Positions 36,780 through 42,000 of a stretch of DNA of 42,000 nucleotides are shown here, one piece after another. A model generated the notes under the pieces. It saw nothing but the letters and a program-made list of their open reading frames with translations, searched no databases and was not told the origin of the DNA. Position 1 is the stretch's first letter. Each line of letters opens with the position of its first letter. The DNA is taken from positions 1 to 42,000 of the forward strand of contig JBEGPS010000244.1 in NCBI GenBank assembly GCA_041181325.1, read 5' to 3'. Source of the DNA: Pseudomonadota bacterium. Its GTDB lineage: Bacteria > Pseudomonadota > Gammaproteobacteria > Burkholderiales > Burkholderiaceae_C. The position numbers were made by a program, and so were the translations under genes.

Positions 36780-37457
36780 ATGTCAGTTCAAGACCCATTA
36801 GCCTTGGAGTTTGTTGAGTTTGCGGTGCAATGTGGCGTGTTGCGCTTTGGCGAGTTCAAGACCAAAGCCGGCCGCATGAGCCCCTATTTCTTCAACGCGG
36901 GCTTGTTTGATGACGGTGCCAAGCTGGGGCGTTTGGCTGAATTTTATGCCCAGCGTTTGATTGCTAGCGGCATCGAATTTGACATGGTGTTTGGCCCTGC
37001 TTACAAAGGCATTCCGCTGGGTGCAGCTTTGTCTGTCGAGTTGGCCCGTCGTGGGCGCAACGTGCCGTTTGCTTACAACCGTAAAGAAGCCAAAGACCAT
37101 GGCGAGGGCGGAACCCTTGTAGGTGCGCCACTCAAAGGGCGCGTACTGGTGGTGGACGATGTGATGTCGGCAGGCACTGCAGCGCGCGAATCTATTGCCA
37201 TCATCCAGGCAGCGGGTGCCACTCCGTATGCGGTGTGCATTGCGCTGGACCGCCAGGAAAAAGCCACCGAGAATGGCCAGGACGTACCCTACAGTGCAGT
37301 GCAGTATGTTCGCAATCAACTGGGTTTGCAGGTGTGTGCGATTGCGAAACTCGATGATTTGATGCAGTATCTGGAGCAGCGGGGTGCGGGTGCATCAGCG
37401 CAAGACCACCAACGCGTTTTGGAATACCGTCAACGGTACGGCGTACAAGAAGGATGA
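36780..37457 (+). CDS. pyrE: Orotate phosphoribosyltransferase
   Basis: FGEFKTKAGRMSPYFFN, GPAYKGI, RKEAKDHGEGG and PRPP motif VVDDVMSAG. Confidence 0.97.
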   Translation: MSVQDPLALEFVEFAVQCGVLRFGEFKTKAGRMSPYFFNAGLFDDGAKLGRLAEFYAQRLIASGIEFDMVFGPAYKGIPLGAALSVELARRGRNVPFAYNRKEAKDHGEGGTLVGAPLKGRVLVVDDVMSAGTAARESIAIIQAAGATPYAVCIALDRQEKATENGQDVPYSAVQYVRNQLGLQVCAIAKLDDLMQYLEQRGAGASAQDHQRVLEYRQRYGVQEG

Positions 37458-38089
37458 GCATGGCTTTGTGTTTTCGAAAGACTCTGGGTTGTTTGTTGTT
37501 GACGCTCTGTTGGGTGGGGCCAATCGCAGCCCAAACGGAAGGTATTTACACCTGCACCGATGCCAAAGGACGAAAACTCACTGCCGACCGCCCTATCGTT
37601 GAGTGCATGGATCGTGAGCAAAAAGTGCTCAATCCGAGTGGTACTGTTAAAGCCAAAGTCGGCCCATCGCTTACCGCTCAAGAGCGTGCAGAGCAGGAGG
37701 CGCGCGACAAACGCAATGCAGAGGAAAAGGAGCGGACCCAAGAAGAAAAGCGGCGTGATCGCGCGTTGCTGATGCGTTACGCTAACAAAAGTGCGCACGA
37801 TCAAGAGCGTGCTGAAGCACTAGAACAGATTAAAGCAGTGATCAAAGCGGCGCATACGCGCCTTGAAGAACTGGCCCGCCAGCGCAAAACGCTAGACGAC
37901 GAAATGGAGTTTTACAAAAAAGACCCAACGAAGGCCCCTATTTATTTGCGTAGGCAAATAGAAGAAAGCAACCAAAGCCAAGGGGTGCAGAAAAAATTCA
38001 TCGCCGAGCAAGATGCAGAGGCCCGTCGGGTTAATCTTCGCTTCGACGATGAATTGATGCGGCTCAGACCGCTGTGGGCGGCTAAGTAG
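37454..38089 (+). CDS. DUF4124-type secreted coiled-coil protein
   Basis: Signal peptide, [24 protein letters not shown] and a charged coiled coil. Confidence 0.8.
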   Translation: MSMALCFRKTLGCLLLTLCWVGPIAAQTEGIYTCTDAKGRKLTADRPIVECMDREQKVLNPSGTVKAKVGPSLTAQERAEQEARDKRNAEEKERTQEEKRRDRALLMRYANKSAHDQERAEALEQIKAVIKAAHTRLEELARQRKTLDDEMEFYKKDPTKAPIYLRRQIEESNQSQGVQKKFIAEQDAEARRVNLRFDDELMRLRPLWAAK

Positions 38090-39563
38090 CCAGTTTGGCG
38101 CGCAGCAGGTCGTTGACTTGCTGTGGGTTGGCCTTACCTTTGCTGGCCTTCATGATTTGACCGACCAAGGCGTTCAACGCTTTTTCGTTGCCCGCTTTGA
38201 ACTCGGCCACATTTTTCGTGTTGGCGGCAATCACTTCATTGACGATGCCTTCTAATGCGCCGGTGTCGTTCATCTGTTTGAGGCTTTTGGCTTCAATGAT
38301 GCTATCCACATCGGTACCAGAACCATCCCACAGTGCATCAAACACTTGGCGCGCTGCGCTATTGGAAATCGTGCCATCTGCAATGCGGCTTACCAAGGCA
38401 CCCAATGCAGCCGGCAGCACGGGTGCTTGCGCAATGGCCAGGTCTTGGGCATTGAGCCTGCGAGAGATTTCGCCCGTAATCCAGTTGCTCACCAATTTAG
38501 GCTGCCCACTGGTTTTGGCGGCTGCTTCAAAGTAGGTGGATAGTGCCAAACTCTGTGTGAGTTGCGTTGCGTCATAGTCGCTTAGGGCGTAGTCGGTAGC
38601 AAATCGCAGCGCCATTACCCGAGGCAATTCGGCCATTTCCCCCCGCACGGCTTGAATCCATTGCTCTGAAATACAGAGCGGTGGCAAGTCAGGGTCGGGG
38701 AAGTAGCGGTAGTCAGCGGCATCCTCTTTTGTGCGCATGGCGCGTGTTTCGCCGGTGTCGGGGTTAAAAAGCACGGTGGCTTGTTGAATCTCCAGGCCGT
38801 CTTCAATTTGCTCGATCTGCCAGCGCACTTCAAAGTCGATGGCCTGCTGCATAAACTTAAAACTGTTGAGGTTTTTAATCTCGCGGCGGGTGCCCAGCGG
38901 GCCACCGGGCTTGCGCACGGACACGTTGGCGTCGCACCGGAAGCTGCCCTCTTGCATATTGCCATCGCAGATGCCAATCCAGGTAACGATTTTGTGTAGC
39001 TCTTTGGCATAGGCCACGGCTTCAGCGCTAGAGCGCATATCTGGCTCGGTCACAATTTCTAACAGTGGCGTGCCCGCGCGGTTCAGGTCGATGCCGCTTT
39101 GCCCCCCGCCTCCTAATGACGAGTCTTCGTGCAGCGATTTGCCGGCGTCTTCTTCCAAATGGGCGCGCACCAAACGCACTGATTTTTTTTCCTCACCCAA
39201 GAAAAACTCAACGCTGCCGCCTTGGACTACTGGAATCTCAAACTGGCTGATTTGGTAGCCCTTGGGCAGATCGGGGTAGAAGTAATTCTTGCGGGCAAAA
39301 ATACTCCGTGGCGCAATGTGGGCACCAATGGCCAAGCCGAACTGAATGGCGCGTTCTACGGCACCTTTGTTCATCACCGGCAAGGTGCCGGGCAATGCCA
39401 AGTCCACTGCACAGGCCTGGGTATTGGGCTCTGCCCCAAAGGCTGTCGATGCACGCGAGAAAATCTTGGACTGTGTGGAGAGTTGCGTATGGGTTTCGAA
39501 GCCGATAACGACTTCGTATCCTTGCACCAACAACGATTTTGGGGTCAATTTGTCGCTTGCCAT
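38082..39563 (-). CDS. gatB: Asp/Glu-tRNA amidotransferase subunit B
   Basis: [35 protein letters not shown] and YRYFPDPDL. Confidence 0.98.
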   Translation of the reverse strand: MASDKLTPKSLLVQGYEVVIGFETHTQLSTQSKIFSRASTAFGAEPNTQACAVDLALPGTLPVMNKGAVERAIQFGLAIGAHIAPRSIFARKNYFYPDLPKGYQISQFEIPVVQGGSVEFFLGEEKKSVRLVRAHLEEDAGKSLHEDSSLGGGGQSGIDLNRAGTPLLEIVTEPDMRSSAEAVAYAKELHKIVTWIGICDGNMQEGSFRCDANVSVRKPGGPLGTRREIKNLNSFKFMQQAIDFEVRWQIEQIEDGLEIQQATVLFNPDTGETRAMRTKEDAADYRYFPDPDLPPLCISEQWIQAVRGEMAELPRVMALRFATDYALSDYDATQLTQSLALSTYFEAAAKTSGQPKLVSNWITGEISRRLNAQDLAIAQAPVLPAALGALVSRIADGTISNSAARQVFDALWDGSGTDVDSIIEAKSLKQMNDTGALEGIVNEVIAANTKNVAEFKAGNEKALNALVGQIMKASKGKANPQQVNDLLRAKLAT

Positions 39564-39565
39564 GT

Positions 39566-41089
39566 TCAATATCCTAAGGGCTTGGCGCTGTGGAAATCAG
39601 TGGCCAGCTGGAAGCGGTGCGCTGCATTTAGCAACCGCGACTCTTGAAAATAATTGCCAATGAGCTGCATGCCAATAGGCATGCCCTTGTCTTTAGCCTC
39701 TGTCGCGAATCCAACCGGAATACTCATGCCCGGCAAGCCCGCCAAAGACGCAGGTAGGGTGAAAATGTCCGCCAAATAGTTGGCAACCGGGTCATCAGAT
39801 TTTTCACCAATTTTCCAGGCCACTGTGGGCGCTACTGGGCCTGCAATGACATCGCATTCTTTGAATGCATTTTGAAAATCGTCGGCAATCATGCGGCGAA
39901 TCTTTTGCGCCTGCAGGTAATACGCATCGTAGTAACCGTGGCTCAGTACATAGGCACCCATCATGATGCGGCGCTTGACTTCATCGCCAAAACCTTCGGC
40001 ACGGGTCTTCTTGTACATGTCTGCCAGGTCGGTGTACTGCACGGCGCGGTGGCCAAACTTCACACCATCAAAACGGCTCAAGTTGCTGGACGCCTCGGCT
40101 GGCGCAATGATGTAGTACACCGGAATAGACAGTTCGGTGCGCGGCAGCGTGATGGGGACCAATTTGGCACCCAGTTGTTCATACTGCTTGAGTGCGGCGT
40201 CCACACTGGCGCGCACATCGTTAGACAAGCCGTCGCCAAAAAATTCTTTGGGCACACCGATGCGCAAGCCTTCAACCGAGTCGTTGAGTTTCACTGAGTA
40301 GTCTTCAGCCGCAATGTCCAGCGAGGTGGAGTCACGGTCCAAGTCGGGGCCGCACATGGCGGACAACAGCAGGGCGCAGTCTTGCGCGGTGCGTGCCATA
40401 GGGCCCGCTTGGTCTAGGCTGGAGGCAAACGCCACCATGCCATAGCGAGATGCCCGCCCGTAAGTGGGCTTGATGCCCGTGATGCCACAAAACGCGGCAG
40501 GCTGGCGAATCGAGCCACCGGTGTCGGTGCCAGTGGCTGCTGGGGTCAGGCGTGCGGCCACGGCCGCTGCACTGCCACCTGATGATCCGCCAGGAATGCG
40601 ATCTGTGCCCCACGGGTTGCGCACCGGCTGAACACTGTCGTGTCCCACGGCGGCAATGGCTGAGTTTTCGTTGCTGCTGCCCATGGCGAATTCATCGCAA
40701 TTGAGCTTGCCCAACACCACCGCGCCCTGGTCGGCTAGCTTGGCCACCACAGTGGCGTCAAACGGCGACTGGTAGCCCTTGAGCATGCGCGAGCCAGCAG
40801 TGGTCACAAAGTCGCGGGTCACAAAAATATCTTTGTGCGCAATGGGTACGCCTTCCAGCGCGCCACAGCTGCCATTGGCAATGCGGGCGTCCGCTGCGCG
40901 GGCTTGTGCCAATGTGGCAGCCTCGTCCACGGCCACATAGGCACCCAAATGGGCGTGGGCTTGGCTGCGCTGCAAAAAATGCGCAGCTAGTTCTACGGCG
41001 GAAACCTGTTTGGTCTTCAACGCCATACTTAAATCATGCACCGTGCAGTCGTGCAAAGTTTGGGTAGAAAAAGAGGTGGATTGAGTCAT
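39566..41089 (-). CDS. gatA: Asp/Glu-tRNA amidotransferase subunit A
   Basis: Amidase signature [22 protein letters not shown] and EVKRRIM. Confidence 0.98.
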   Translation of the reverse strand: MTQSTSFSTQTLHDCTVHDLSMALKTKQVSAVELAAHFLQRSQAHAHLGAYVAVDEAATLAQARAADARIANGSCGALEGVPIAHKDIFVTRDFVTTAGSRMLKGYQSPFDATVVAKLADQGAVVLGKLNCDEFAMGSSNENSAIAAVGHDSVQPVRNPWGTDRIPGGSSGGSAAAVAARLTPAATGTDTGGSIRQPAAFCGITGIKPTYGRASRYGMVAFASSLDQAGPMARTAQDCALLLSAMCGPDLDRDSTSLDIAAEDYSVKLNDSVEGLRIGVPKEFFGDGLSNDVRASVDAALKQYEQLGAKLVPITLPRTELSIPVYYIIAPAEASSNLSRFDGVKFGHRAVQYTDLADMYKKTRAEGFGDEVKRRIMMGAYVLSHGYYDAYYLQAQKIRRMIADDFQNAFKECDVIAGPVAPTVAWKIGEKSDDPVANYLADIFTLPASLAGLPGMSIPVGFATEAKDKGMPIGMQLIGNYFQESRLLNAAHRFQLATDFHSAKPLGY

Positions 41090-41103
41090 GACGGTGCTAC
41101 TTC

Positions 41104-41403
41104 TTATTCGATGACTTTGGGCACCAAAAACAGACCCCGCTCTACGGCGGGTGCGCTGCGCTGGTTGGCCTCACGTTGGTCGGGCTCACTCACCACGTCG
41201 TCACGCAAGCGCAAAGAAATTTCTTGAATCGTAGCAACTGGGTGCGCCAGTGGCTCGATGCCCGTGGTGTCAACGGCCCGCATGGCCTCGACAAGGCCAA
41301 AAAAATCGTTGAGCTTGGTAAGCATGCGATCGCTTTCATCGGGCGCGAGTTCCAGGCGCGCCAAATTGGCAATGCGTGTGATGTCAAAAGATGTCAGGGA
41401 CAT
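41104..41403 (-). CDS. gatC: Asp/Glu-tRNA amidotransferase subunit C
   Basis: [23 protein letters not shown] and FLVPKVIE; start at ATG 41403. Confidence 0.96.
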   Translation of the reverse strand: MSLTSFDITRIANLARLELAPDESDRMLTKLNDFFGLVEAMRAVDTTGIEPLAHPVATIQEISLRLRDDVVSEPDQREANQRSAPAVERGLFLVPKVIE

Positions 41404-41547
41404 AGTAAAAAAGAGTTGAAACCAAAGGTAAATCACGCTTTGAAGCGGTGTCCCGCAAAGGGCATTCACGGGCAATCGGTTATTATCCTGCCTTTGGTGT
41501 GAGCGGCGGTAAAACCGCTTTTTTTACGCCAAACTGACAATTTTTAA

Positions 41548-42000
<453 letters not shown>

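Overview
Betaproteobacterial chromosome segment; gene content and order suggest Comamonadaceae (Rhodoferax-like), which is an inference. Bases 1-11819 form one co-directional, tightly coupled redox locus. It holds the 3' end of a highly repetitive multiheme c-type cytochrome (truncated by the window edge), an 806-aa SPOR/TPR outer-membrane beta-barrel, a full System I cytochrome c maturation operon (ccmABCDEFGHI), and a membrane-anchored, circularly permuted TrxR-fold flavoprotein with atypical Fe-S motifs. Together these make a candidate extracellular electron-transfer or cytochrome-wire system. The rest is mostly housekeeping backbone (lplT, alr, radA, ilvE, waaF, ampG, xth, pyrE, gatCAB, mreB). 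That backbone is interrupted by a P-type ATPase, an SHP/diheme cytochrome c/cytochrome b cluster with a QseBC-like two-component system, and a divergently split sugar ABC/catabolic island. Non-genic signals include a gapless 50-bp dispersed repeat in four copies (three overlapping coding sequence), two REP-like palindromes, candidate regulator boxes and a probable unannotated sRNA. No rRNA, tRNA, CRISPR array or transposase was seen.
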